Source: Acidobacteria bacterium SCN 69-37 (lineage in GTDB: Bacteria > Acidobacteriota > Vicinamibacteria > Vicinamibacterales > SCN-69-37). From it: 64,000 bases of DNA. Shown one piece after another: positions 26,210-34,382 of the stretch. Position 1 is the first letter of the stretch. The number at the start of each line of letters is the position of its first letter. The translations under genes and the position numbers were made by a program. The DNA lies in contig MEDJ01000019.1 in NCBI GenBank assembly GCA_001724025.1, forward strand, positions 94,359 to 158,358, read 5' to 3'. The notes under the pieces were generated by a model. It did not search any database. It saw only the letters and a list, made by a program, of their open reading frames with translations, and was not told the DNA's origin.

Positions 26210-26255
26210 ATCGCATTTTTGCTATGTGTTGTCAACTCAATTTTGCGATACTGAG
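26210..26255 (-). promoter_or_regulatory. Promoter/operator element, copy B (twin of 10269-10315)
   Basis: Minus strand reads CTCAGTATCGCAAAATTGAG-TTGACA-ACAC-ATAGCAAAAATGCGAT, then AGT completes a GATAGT -10-like hexamer 17 nt after TTGACA. It ends 24 nt before the GTG start of the toxin-like gene. Confidence 0.55.
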
Positions 26256-26516
26256 CCCTCATGGCTGGCGACTCCGCCACCTTCAGCGGTTGAGTTCCAC
26301 TTGGAAGCCTCAATCGGATTCTGAAGCTTGGCTGTAGACCGGCTCGAATTCTGGCGGGTCGCGGATCTCCGATCACATTCCTGAGATCGCGCAGGCTATC
26401 TTCGTCTCGCACAGGGCACTCGATCTCCCCATCGTGCTGAAAGAAGGCCTTCAAGCTGTGGCATTGCATGTGAACCGGAACATAGCGCCGGCCTCTCACC
26501 AGCTCCCAGGAGCCCT

Positions 26517-26897
26517 ATGTCACCGCGCGGAAAGCCCGCTGGTAGCCGACGTCTATCCGCAGCGGACTCTTCGAGAACGCCCATCGAAAGGGGCGGCTCC
26601 CGCAGGGCCGACAGCGCTACGCGTCGTTGGCGTCGGGATACCCGGCCGAAGTTGTTTCGCGCTGCGGTCTCCGTGACGAAGGGAATCCGATGGACACGCC
26701 CGCTGATCGAGGCCACCCTCGAGGAGCTGTACGTCGACGACCACTTCGAGGAGTTGCTCGGGCGGGCTCCAGGCGACCTTCGGTCCGCTCAGTACGCCCA
26801 GGCGATCGCCGTGGCTTTGATACTCCGACACAGCTGGCACCCGGACGATCTCGCCTGCATGCTCAAACGTCTCAAGCTTCGCGTCGGTGACGCGTGA
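26517..26897 (+). CDS. Hypothetical protein, paralogue of 46730-47173
   Basis: WTRPLIEATLEELYVDDHFEELLG...SAQYAQAIAVALILRHSWHPDDL aligns with WTRRLVNTLLDELHVTDEFDRLVG...SQYPRLIAIALLLRHSWSLYDL. The true start is uncertain. Confidence 0.4.
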   Translation: MSPRGKPAGSRRLSAADSSRTPIERGGSRRADSATRRWRRDTRPKLFRAAVSVTKGIRWTRPLIEATLEELYVDDHFEELLGRAPGDLRSAQYAQAIAVALILRHSWHPDDLACMLKRLKLRVGDA

Positions 26898-27182
26898 GTG
26901 CCGGCGCACCTCCCGCCGAAGGGCGTGTAATGTTCACGGCCACCTGTTCACTCGGGCAGGTAGAACTTTCCCAGTGCCAAGGAGCGCCCGCCTCTTCCGT
27001 GTCGGTAGCTCTACCCGCAAGCGACTGAACCCGCGAGAGTTCGCGGCGGCTCTGCCGTTAGAAGCCGCTGGGCACGTGATCTGCACTAGTCCAGCCGCCA
27101 TTTCTTCCTCTTCAGCTGACGCTCAACTGGCTATCCGTCTGCTTCTATAGCCCATCAGCAATGCGTTAGCTTGCATGTCTAT

Positions 27183-27225
27183 GTACTGCACTGTCCTGTA
27201 CTGCTAGTACGCAGATTCTGCGTAC
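27183..27225. repeat. GTACTGC(A/T) direct repeats plus 9-1-9 palindrome GTACGCAGA-T-TCTGCGTAC
   Basis: GTACTGCA lies at 27183, GTACTGCTAG at 27198-27207, and the palindrome at 27207-27225. All sit at the 3' end of the 27225-27563 gene. Confidence 0.45.
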
Positions 27226-27563
27226 TACTTCTTCCCCTGGTTGTCTTCGTCGCGATTGTTGCGACGCGGTTTCGCCCACCGAGCCTGCGCAGCCTTCCGC
27301 AGTGCCTCGCTACGCTCCTCGGGGCTCACGTTGCGCCATCGGGCTGCTCCCAGTCCGACAGCCTGCCTTTTTATTGGCGATGGCGACAGTTTTCGGCTGG
27401 CGATGTCGAGCATCTCCAGCGCGAGATCGAGAAGCACCTCCGGCGGCAGTCCGGTCTGTCGCATGATGCGCCGTAGCGTCATCGTTCGTCTGACGCCCAG
27501 ACACGATGCGAGTTCCAACGAAACATGTCCGCCTGCCGGGGAGCTGGCTTTTGTTGTTGACAT
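27225..27563 (-). CDS. Small basic hypothetical protein (possible DNA-binding regulator of the transfer region)
   Basis: 112 aa. HTH-like MTLRRIMRQTGLPPEVLLDLA and a basic tail SPEERSEALRKAAQARWAKPRR. It is divergent from virB2 and flanked by GTACTGCTAG copies. Confidence 0.45.
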   Translation of the reverse strand: MSTTKASSPAGGHVSLELASCLGVRRTMTLRRIMRQTGLPPEVLLDLALEMLDIASRKLSPSPIKRQAVGLGAARWRNVSPEERSEALRKAAQARWAKPRRNNRDEDNQGKK

Positions 27564-27573
27564 GCGTAAGCTC

Positions 27574-27594
27574 GTACTGCTAGATCAATTCTAG
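27574..27594. promoter_or_regulatory. Second GTACTGCTAG copy fused to palindrome CTAGA-TCAAT-TCTAG in the divergent promoter region
   Basis: Read directly from the sequence. It lies between the start of the 27225-27563 gene (minus strand) and virB2 (plus strand). Confidence 0.4.
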
Positions 27595-27624
27595 TTCCGA
27601 CGACACCAGCGCGGGAGGTTCTCG

Positions 27625-27918
27625 ATGCCCTGCGACCACGTAGTCAGAGTGATTCGACGCGTGAGTGCGATGGTGTTCACGGCTCTCCTTCTCCTGCCCA
27701 CACTGGCATTCGCCCAGTCTCCTTGGGAGCGCGCCGCGAGCAATCTCGAACGCACGTTCACAGGCCCCTTGGCGCGCTCGCTCGCGCTCGTGGCCATCGT
27801 CATCGGTGGACTGATGTTCATGTTCGGAGAGGGCGGCGCGAAACGCCAGATCTCCGGCATCGTGTTCGGCGGCGGACTCGCGCTCTTCGCGGCGCAGTTC
27901 CTCGTCTGGTTGTTCTGA
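27625..27918 (+). CDS. virB2: VirB2/TrbC-family pilin
   Basis: Signal peptide ...LPTLAFAQSPW, then two hydrophobic helices (LALVAIVIGGLMFMFGEG and GIVFGGGLALFAAQFLVWLF). GGGAGG RBS. Confidence 0.75.
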   Translation: MPCDHVVRVIRRVSAMVFTALLLLPTLAFAQSPWERAASNLERTFTGPLARSLALVAIVIGGLMFMFGEGGAKRQISGIVFGGGLALFAAQFLVWLF

Positions 27919-27948
27919 AACGTCCGTAAGGTTTGCGGAGGTGCGGGC

Positions 27949-28245
27949 ATGCCTGATCGCCCGACGTACCGGCCCGTGTACAAGGCGCTGCATCGTCCCC
28001 TGACGATCTGGGGCGTGGACAGGCGTCTGTTCTTCCTGTCACTGCTGCTCGGGGCGGCGACGTTCAACCTGTTCTACTCGTTCCTCGCCGGCCTGCTCAT
28101 GGCCGGCGGGTTGTACGGGTTTGCCCTGTGGGCGACGGCTCGCGACCCGGAGATGCTCCGGATTCTACTCGCTTCGTCGAAGGCGCGGAGACGATACGAC
28201 CCCGGAAAGCACGATCGCGTGGACGTGGAGGTGACGCCGTGGTGA
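27949..28245 (+). CDS. virB3: VirB3-family protein
   Basis: 98 aa. Sequence YKALHRPLTIWGVDRRLFFLSLLLGAATF is typical of VirB3. It lies directly upstream of virB4. Confidence 0.75.
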   Translation: MPDRPTYRPVYKALHRPLTIWGVDRRLFFLSLLLGAATFNLFYSFLAGLLMAGGLYGFALWATARDPEMLRILLASSKARRRYDPGKHDRVDVEVTPW

Positions 28246-30662
28246 GCGTTGGGCGCATCCTCCGCGACTACCGCGACGCAGGGAGCGTGAACAACCTCCT
28301 GGCGCTGTGGGGGTTCGTCGACGACTCGACGTTCCTGACGAAGGCCGGTCACGTCGGCGTCGTCTATCGCCTTCGCGGCGTCGACTACGAAGGCCTGTCG
28401 CATCCGCAGCGACAAGCGCTCGTGCATCGCTTTGAGGCGGCGCTTCGACTGCTCGATGAGCACTGCCGCGTCTACCAGTACCTGCTCAAACGCACGGTCA
28501 GCCCGTTCGTCGCCGCGCAATGCGACGCGCCGGTCGCAAACGAGGCGATTCAGCGTCGAGCGACGTACCTGAATGGCCGGCGACAGGACCTGTACGACTT
28601 GTCCCTGTACATCGTGCTGCTCTACGAAGCACCGCATGTCGTCAGACGACGGACGGAATTGCGCCAGTTCTGGCAGGCGCCGCGGGAGGCACTCCGCGCC
28701 TGGCTCTCGACGGACCAGACACTCCAGCTTCTTGAATCGGAACTCGATAGAGCCATCGGGACGCTTCACCACAAGGCGCAGGCATTCGAGGTTCAGATCG
28801 GGGAGTTCGGTCCCGCGCGGCTCGAGAAGGCAGAAGCGTTCCGGTTCCTGCGTGAGCTCTTGAACTACTCCCCGGCCATCGTCGACTCGGCGCGGCTCGC
28901 GTACGACACACACCTCGACTACTTCGTGTCGGATTCGGCCGTCGATTGCCACCGCGATCACCTCGTCGTCGGTGACCGGATCGTCAAAGTGCTCTCGATG
29001 AAGGAGCCACCGAGTCAGACGTTCGCGTTCCTGCTGCAGGACCTGCACGAGATTCCGGGGGAGTTCATCGCCTGCCTCGAGTGGCAGCGGATCCCGAGCG
29101 ACCGCATGCGCCGCGACGTGCAAAGCCGCCGACGCCACTTCTTCAACAAGCGAGTCTCGATCGTGAACTACGTGTCGCCGGAGACGCGGCCCGAGGAAAT
29201 GCTGGTCGACGACTCGGCGAGCACCACGGTGAGGCAGTTGGGCGACGCCCTGACGGAGCTGGAGGTCAACGGTCACTTCTTCGGCCAGTGCTCGCTCGCC
29301 CTGGTACTGCACAGCACCGACGCCCGCGCGCTCCAGCATCAGACGGCCGAGGCGATGAAAGCGATGGCCGTCCATGACGGCAGCCTCTTCGAGGAGACGT
29401 ACAACCTGCTGAACGCCTGGTTGAGCATCGTGCCAGGCAATGGCGCGCACAACCTTCGACGCCTCGCGCTCCTCGAAACGAACATTGCCGATCTCAGCTT
29501 CTTGTTCACGCTCGACCACGGCGACGCCGTGAGCCCCCACCTGGGCAAGGAAGCCCTGGCGGTATTCGAAACACCGCATCGAACGCCGTATGCGTTCAAC
29601 CTCCATGTGCAGGACGTCGGCCACACGCTGGTCCTCGGCGCGACCGGTAGCGGCAAGAGCTTCGCACTCAACTTCCTGATCACGCACGCGCAGAAGTACG
29701 CCCCGCTGACCGTGGTGCTGGACATCGGACACAGCTACCGGAAGCTCGCGACCCTCCTCGGTGGGCGCTACCTGGAACTCGGCCTGCGTCACGGGGTCAC
29801 GATCAATCCGTTCGCACTGAAGCCAACGCCCGAGCACCTCCACTTCCTGCATGCGTTCGTCCGCGTGCTGCTCGAGGGCGATGACGGGTATCGAATCAGC
29901 GATCTCGAGGATCGCGAGATCTACGAGGCGGTCGAGAACCTCTACGTGCTGGACCCGAGCCAACGGCGATTGTTCACGTTCGCGAACCTGTTGCCGCGAG
30001 CGCTGGCCGCACGGCTGCACAAGTGGGTCGGAGAAGGCCGCTATGCCAGTCTGTTCGACAACATCGAGGACACCCTGACGGTGGAGCGATTCCAGGTCTT
30101 CGACCTCGAAGCGATGCGGGCGTTCCCTGCGCTCCTCGAGCCGCTGCTGTTCTACGTCCTGCACCGGGTCGTCGCTCGTATTCAGGAACCGAGCGAAGCG
30201 GCTGCCTTCAAGGTGTGCGTCCTCGATGAGGCGTGGCGCTTCATCCAACACCCGACACTGCGCGCGTACGTGCAGGAAGGGTTGAAGACCTGGCGGAAGC
30301 ACAACGCCGCTATGATTCTGGCGACGCAGACCGTTGACGACTTCGCGTCGGCCGATCTGCTGCGCACGATCGTCGAAAGCTGCCCAACGAAACTGCTGTT
30401 GGCGAATCCGGCGGTGGATCGCCGGCACTACGCCGAACTGTTCCAGCTCAACGAGATGGAACTGGACCTGCTGACAGGATTGATCCCGCGTCAGCAGATT
30501 CTGCTCAAGCGTCCGGACCTGGCTAAAGTCCTCACTTTGGCAGTAGACCCCAAGAGCTACTGGATCTACACCAACACTCCCATCGACAACGCACGGGTCG
30601 CCGAGACGTTTCGCGAGTACGGCTTCGAGGCGGGTCTGGACCGCCTCGCAGCCTCTGCGTGA
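28242..30662 (+). CDS. virB4: VirB4/TrbE-family T4SS ATPase
   Basis: Walker A LVLGATGSGKSF and Walker B FKVCVLDEAWRF, followed by AAMILATQTVDD. The GTG start overlaps the virB3 stop (GTGA). Confidence 0.9.
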   Translation: MSVGRILRDYRDAGSVNNLLALWGFVDDSTFLTKAGHVGVVYRLRGVDYEGLSHPQRQALVHRFEAALRLLDEHCRVYQYLLKRTVSPFVAAQCDAPVANEAIQRRATYLNGRRQDLYDLSLYIVLLYEAPHVVRRRTELRQFWQAPREALRAWLSTDQTLQLLESELDRAIGTLHHKAQAFEVQIGEFGPARLEKAEAFRFLRELLNYSPAIVDSARLAYDTHLDYFVSDSAVDCHRDHLVVGDRIVKVLSMKEPPSQTFAFLLQDLHEIPGEFIACLEWQRIPSDRMRRDVQSRRRHFFNKRVSIVNYVSPETRPEEMLVDDSASTTVRQLGDALTELEVNGHFFGQCSLALVLHSTDARALQHQTAEAMKAMAVHDGSLFEETYNLLNAWLSIVPGNGAHNLRRLALLETNIADLSFLFTLDHGDAVSPHLGKEALAVFETPHRTPYAFNLHVQDVGHTLVLGATGSGKSFALNFLITHAQKYAPLTVVLDIGHSYRKLATLLGGRYLELGLRHGVTINPFALKPTPEHLHFLHAFVRVLLEGDDGYRISDLEDREIYEAVENLYVLDPSQRRLFTFANLLPRALAARLHKWVGEGRYASLFDNIEDTLTVERFQVFDLEAMRAFPALLEPLLFYVLHRVVARIQEPSEAAAFKVCVLDEAWRFIQHPTLRAYVQEGLKTWRKHNAAMILATQTVDDFASADLLRTIVESCPTKLLLANPAVDRRHYAELFQLNEMELDLLTGLIPRQQILLKRPDLAKVLTLAVDPKSYWIYTNTPIDNARVAETFREYGFEAGLDRLAASA

Positions 30663-30680
30663 ATTCATGGGAGGTGTTGC

Positions 30681-31481
30681 ATGCTCGCTCGTAGCCTTGG
30701 TCCCGCGTTGGCACTCGCATTCGTCGCGTCACTACCAGTCCCCGCGTCCGCGCAGGCCAACGGAACGCAGGCCAACGGCACCGGCATCCGCGAGGTGTCG
30801 GCGACCGGCAGAAGCCTGATTACGCTTCAAACGCGGGTGCGCTACACCACGATGGTGCTCCTCCCGGATGGCGAGGAGATCCTGGACGTCATCTGTGGCG
30901 ACCGGGACTTCTGGGTCATCACCGCAACGCACAACATCGCGCACGTGAAGCCCGCAAAAGAAGGCGCCGCCACAAACATGAACCTCGTGACGGCCAGCGG
31001 CGCGGTCTACTCGTTCCTGCTCACCGAGAAGGGCGGCACCGGCATGCCCGACCTCAAGGTGTACGTGAACGCTGATCCGAGCGCGCCGCAGGGCAAGCCG
31101 AAGTACTACACCGCGGCACAGCTCGAAGAGCTGCGGAGCGAATTGGAGGAGGCCAGGGCTGCAACTGATGCCGCCAACCGGCGGACGACGGAGGCGCTGG
31201 CCGCTTATCAGCAGGAGTATCCCGGCAAGCTGCAGTTCGTTTACGGCGCCCCGAAGTACGAGCGGCCGTTCCTGGTGCGCTCGATCTGGCACGACGGCCA
31301 GTTCACGTACATCAAGGCCGACGCCACTGAGCTGCCAGCGCTCTACGAGATCAAGGACGGGAAGCCTGGGCTCCTGAACTTCCAGGTTCAGAACGGCACG
31401 TACGTCGTTCCGAAGGTGCTCGACCGCGGCTATCTGTCACTCGGCAAGGAACGTTTCGAGTTCCTTCAGCAGGGTCGGTGA
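30681..31481 (+). CDS. virB9: VirB9/TrbG-family outer-membrane channel subunit
   Basis: Signal peptide, then ILDVICGDRDFWVITATHNIAHVKPAKEGAATNMNLVTASGAVYSFLL (VirB9 N-domain pattern). Confidence 0.7.
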   Translation: MLARSLGPALALAFVASLPVPASAQANGTQANGTGIREVSATGRSLITLQTRVRYTTMVLLPDGEEILDVICGDRDFWVITATHNIAHVKPAKEGAATNMNLVTASGAVYSFLLTEKGGTGMPDLKVYVNADPSAPQGKPKYYTAAQLEELRSELEEARAATDAANRRTTEALAAYQQEYPGKLQFVYGAPKYERPFLVRSIWHDGQFTYIKADATELPALYEIKDGKPGLLNFQVQNGTYVVPKVLDRGYLSLGKERFEFLQQGR

Positions 31482-31484
31482 GTC

Positions 31485-32765
31485 ATGAGTGACACTCCCT
31501 CGATCTCCAGCGCACAGCCAGACCCGGTGCCGCCTGCCGTGACCGATCGTCGGCCGGTGCCTCGCGGTGTCCTGCCGCGCGGCGTGCAAACGTGGATCAT
31601 GGCCGGAGTGGCGGTCGTGATGCTGGCGATCATGTTGATCGTCGGTCGTCCAGACCCGCCGCCTCGCCCTGCACAAACCGCCGCCCCCGCGCAGGCGCCG
31701 AGCGCTGATCGCGTGCGCGACTATCAGGACCGCCTGCGTCTGCTCGAGGCTCAGGCACTCCGTGAAGCGCAGACAGCAGGAGTGACGCAGCCGGATCCGG
31801 CTCCGTACGCCGCCGACACAGGAGCACCTCCACCGCAGGATCCGATTGCCGAAGAGCGGAAGCGCCGTGAGTACGAAAGCCTCTTCGCGAGCAACGTCGT
31901 CCTCAGCCGGCGCCCCGAAAGCGAACGACCCGATCAGGGGCGGACCGACTCAATGCCCGGCGCCGCTGCCGCGCAGACAGGCTCACCGAGTCCGTCTGTC
32001 GAAGAAGTGGCTGACGCAGTTGTGCGAGCCACTACTAGGACCGCCGGGGCGTTCGGCACCGGAGCGCCCGCTGCTCAGACCGCCGTGACACCGGCGGCCA
32101 GCGAATCACGGCCGCTGGATCCGGCGCAGCGGCACACGCCCGACTACACACCGCCGATCAGCGCCGCCGGACCACTTTATCGCGTGCTCGAAGGCACGAT
32201 CATCGACACCGTTCTCACCAATCGGCTGGACGGCGCGATGGCCGCGCCCGTGAACTGCTTGGTCACCAACGCTCTCTATTCCCACACGGGCCGACAAGTC
32301 CTCGTGCCGGCCGGCGCCAGGATTCTGGGCGAGACGAAGCCGGTGCAGGCCTTCGGCGAGACGCGCCTCGCTGTGTCGTTTCATCGGTTGCTCATGCCGG
32401 ACGGTCGCAGCTACCGCCTCGATCAGTTCATGGGCCTCAACCAGATCGGCGACGCCGGACTGCGCGACAAAGTCAACCACCACTTTCTGTCGACGTTCGG
32501 CGCGGCTGCCGCCGTTGGCTTGATCAGCGGTCTTTCGCAGTACTTGGGCAGCGCCGGACTCGGAAGCGGCGATGGGGACCGAACGATTGTCATCGCTGGC
32601 GGCGTGGGTGACGCGACTTCTCAGGCCGCAATGCAAGTCATGAATCGCTTTCTCAATCGGCTGCCGACGATCACGATTCGCGAGGGACATCGGGTGAAGG
32701 TGTACCTCACGAGCGACATCGAGCTGCCGTCGTATACCGCTGCCGTCGCTTCAGGACGGTTCTGA
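31485..32765 (+). CDS. virB10: VirB10/TrbI-family protein
   Basis: An N-terminal TM segment, a Pro-rich linker, then VLEGTIIDTVLTNRLDG...VLVPAGARILGE...RLAVSFHRLLMPDGRSY. Confidence 0.8.
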   Translation: MSDTPSISSAQPDPVPPAVTDRRPVPRGVLPRGVQTWIMAGVAVVMLAIMLIVGRPDPPPRPAQTAAPAQAPSADRVRDYQDRLRLLEAQALREAQTAGVTQPDPAPYAADTGAPPPQDPIAEERKRREYESLFASNVVLSRRPESERPDQGRTDSMPGAAAAQTGSPSPSVEEVADAVVRATTRTAGAFGTGAPAAQTAVTPAASESRPLDPAQRHTPDYTPPISAAGPLYRVLEGTIIDTVLTNRLDGAMAAPVNCLVTNALYSHTGRQVLVPAGARILGETKPVQAFGETRLAVSFHRLLMPDGRSYRLDQFMGLNQIGDAGLRDKVNHHFLSTFGAAAAVGLISGLSQYLGSAGLGSGDGDRTIVIAGGVGDATSQAAMQVMNRFLNRLPTITIREGHRVKVYLTSDIELPSYTAAVASGRF

Positions 32766-32778
32766 ACGGGAGGGACTC

Positions 32779-33555
32779 ATGTTTCGCCGACTTCTGTTGC
32801 TCGTCACCGCGCTGTGCACGATCGCGGCGCCCGTTCATGCGCAGTTCGTCGTCATCGATCCCGCGAACCTTGTCCAGACGACGTTAATCGCGTACCGCGT
32901 GCAACAGCACTACACCGAGTTGCGGGCGCAGTACCTGACCGTGCTCCGAATGGCGCAGAGGCTCGGAAGCCTCGATCGCTTTCGGACTCCTCCAATTGCA
33001 CTGACCTCGCACGATCCGTCTCGATGGGACTTCGGTCGCCCGTGGATTCAGGCACTCAACAGCGGCGATCCAACCGGCTCGGCGTACTTCTCAACCGCGT
33101 TGCCGCTTCTTCGCCCGACGAACACACCTCCGACGCTGAGCGCAGCGGCCAGACAGATGCTGCAGCGGCAGTACGCCACCGTCGAGATCACCGATTCCGT
33201 AGCGACGATGGGCGGCCACCAGGTCGCTTTGGCACGCGGCTACCACGGCCAGCTTCAGAACGCTGTGGAATCCCTTCAGAACGATGTTCTGAACCCGGGC
33301 TCGCAGTACCACGAGATGACGGCCATCCTCGACAAGATCGCGGCTGGCGAACTGCTCGGCCGGCGGCAGGACATGCTCTCGAACCAGCTCCTGTCACACG
33401 CCCTCGAGCAGCTACTCGCACGGGGCAAGCGGCTGCGAGACACCGAAGCCGCAACTATCAACATGCAACTCGTGACGTGGCGTGATGGGCGCGCCGCCAA
33501 CGACGCGTTCGCCGCCGGTACCGGCGATGCGCTTCGGACATGGCGTCAGCCGTAG
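32779..33555 (+). CDS. TrbJ/VirB5-like protein, copy 1
   Basis: Signal peptide ending AQFVVIDPANLVQTTL. The protein is predicted helical. It is a paralogue of the next gene. Confidence 0.5.
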   Translation: MFRRLLLLVTALCTIAAPVHAQFVVIDPANLVQTTLIAYRVQQHYTELRAQYLTVLRMAQRLGSLDRFRTPPIALTSHDPSRWDFGRPWIQALNSGDPTGSAYFSTALPLLRPTNTPPTLSAAARQMLQRQYATVEITDSVATMGGHQVALARGYHGQLQNAVESLQNDVLNPGSQYHEMTAILDKIAAGELLGRRQDMLSNQLLSHALEQLLARGKRLRDTEAATINMQLVTWRDGRAANDAFAAGTGDALRTWRQP

Positions 33556-33581
33556 CCATCGCTCAAGGAATGGGGGACATC

Positions 33582-34364
33582 ATGCGACGACTTCTCCTCG
33601 GGCTGCTGATGGTCGCCTTAGCTGCACAACCGACGCGTGCGCAGCTGTCGGTCTACGACCCGGCGAACACGGCACGCAACACGATCTCGGCCATCTATCA
33701 GGAGTACCTACTCCAAACGGAGCAGGCGCAGCACGCGAAGCTCTGGGCGATGGCGCGGCGCCTTAGCGCCTTTGCCGATCTCCGTCGTTACGCCCTTCTG
33801 GATGTGCCGCGCTGGCGAACACATGGAGGAGATTTCCTTTACGCGAGTGGCTTCAACGACGCCCTCATCTTCGGGGACCCGCGAGGGGCGGCGTACCTCG
33901 CCGTCAGCCACCCGGTACTGAGTGCGCGGGCGGCTCTCGGACGGCTCACGCCGACGGCGCAGCGGGCGATGGACAGCCGGCTGGCGACAGTGGAGATGGC
34001 CGACGCCGTGGCGATGTCAGCCATCAACGACACGGGGTCGCTGCGCCTGAACGGGCGCCGGCAGGAACTGCAGGCGATCGACGCGCTGGAGGCGCAGGTC
34101 ATCGACCCGTCGCTCGAACAGAGCGCAACGGCGGTGCTCGACAAAATCAGTGGATCAATTCTGCTCGGAACCCGACAGCGTCAGGCGCGCAGCCAGCTGC
34201 TGACAGCCTTCGTCGAGCAGCTCCTGGTCGACTCGAAGCGAGCGCGCGACGTCGATGCGACGGCGATCAACATGCAGCTCGTGACGTGGCGCGACAGCCG
34301 AGCGGCAAACGCCGCGTTCGTGGCCGGCACAGGGGACGCGCTGCGTACGTGGAGACAACCGTAG
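33582..34364 (+). CDS. TrbJ/VirB5-like protein, copy 2
   Basis: Signal peptide ending AQLSVYDPANTARNT. Its C-terminal 32 aa are nearly identical to copy 1 (INMQLVTWRD.RAAN.AF.AGTGDALRTWRQP). Confidence 0.5.
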   Translation: MRRLLLGLLMVALAAQPTRAQLSVYDPANTARNTISAIYQEYLLQTEQAQHAKLWAMARRLSAFADLRRYALLDVPRWRTHGGDFLYASGFNDALIFGDPRGAAYLAVSHPVLSARAALGRLTPTAQRAMDSRLATVEMADAVAMSAINDTGSLRLNGRRQELQAIDALEAQVIDPSLEQSATAVLDKISGSILLGTRQRQARSQLLTAFVEQLLVDSKRARDVDATAINMQLVTWRDSRAANAAFVAGTGDALRTWRQP

Positions 34365-34382
34365 AAAGTCCGGAGGCCCGTC

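Noticed and set aside
26014-26716. Minus-strand ORFs 26014-26499 and 26396-26716 in the junction region
   Set aside because: The first overlaps the Gp49-like gene and its promoter element out of frame. The second is antisense to the conserved paralogue gene. Neither has a motif or a plausible RBS.
28074-30668. 864-aa minus-strand ORF antisense to virB4
   Set aside because: The opposite strand carries the VirB4 Walker motifs and fits the operon. The antisense product is R/V/E/L-rich with no recognisable domain.
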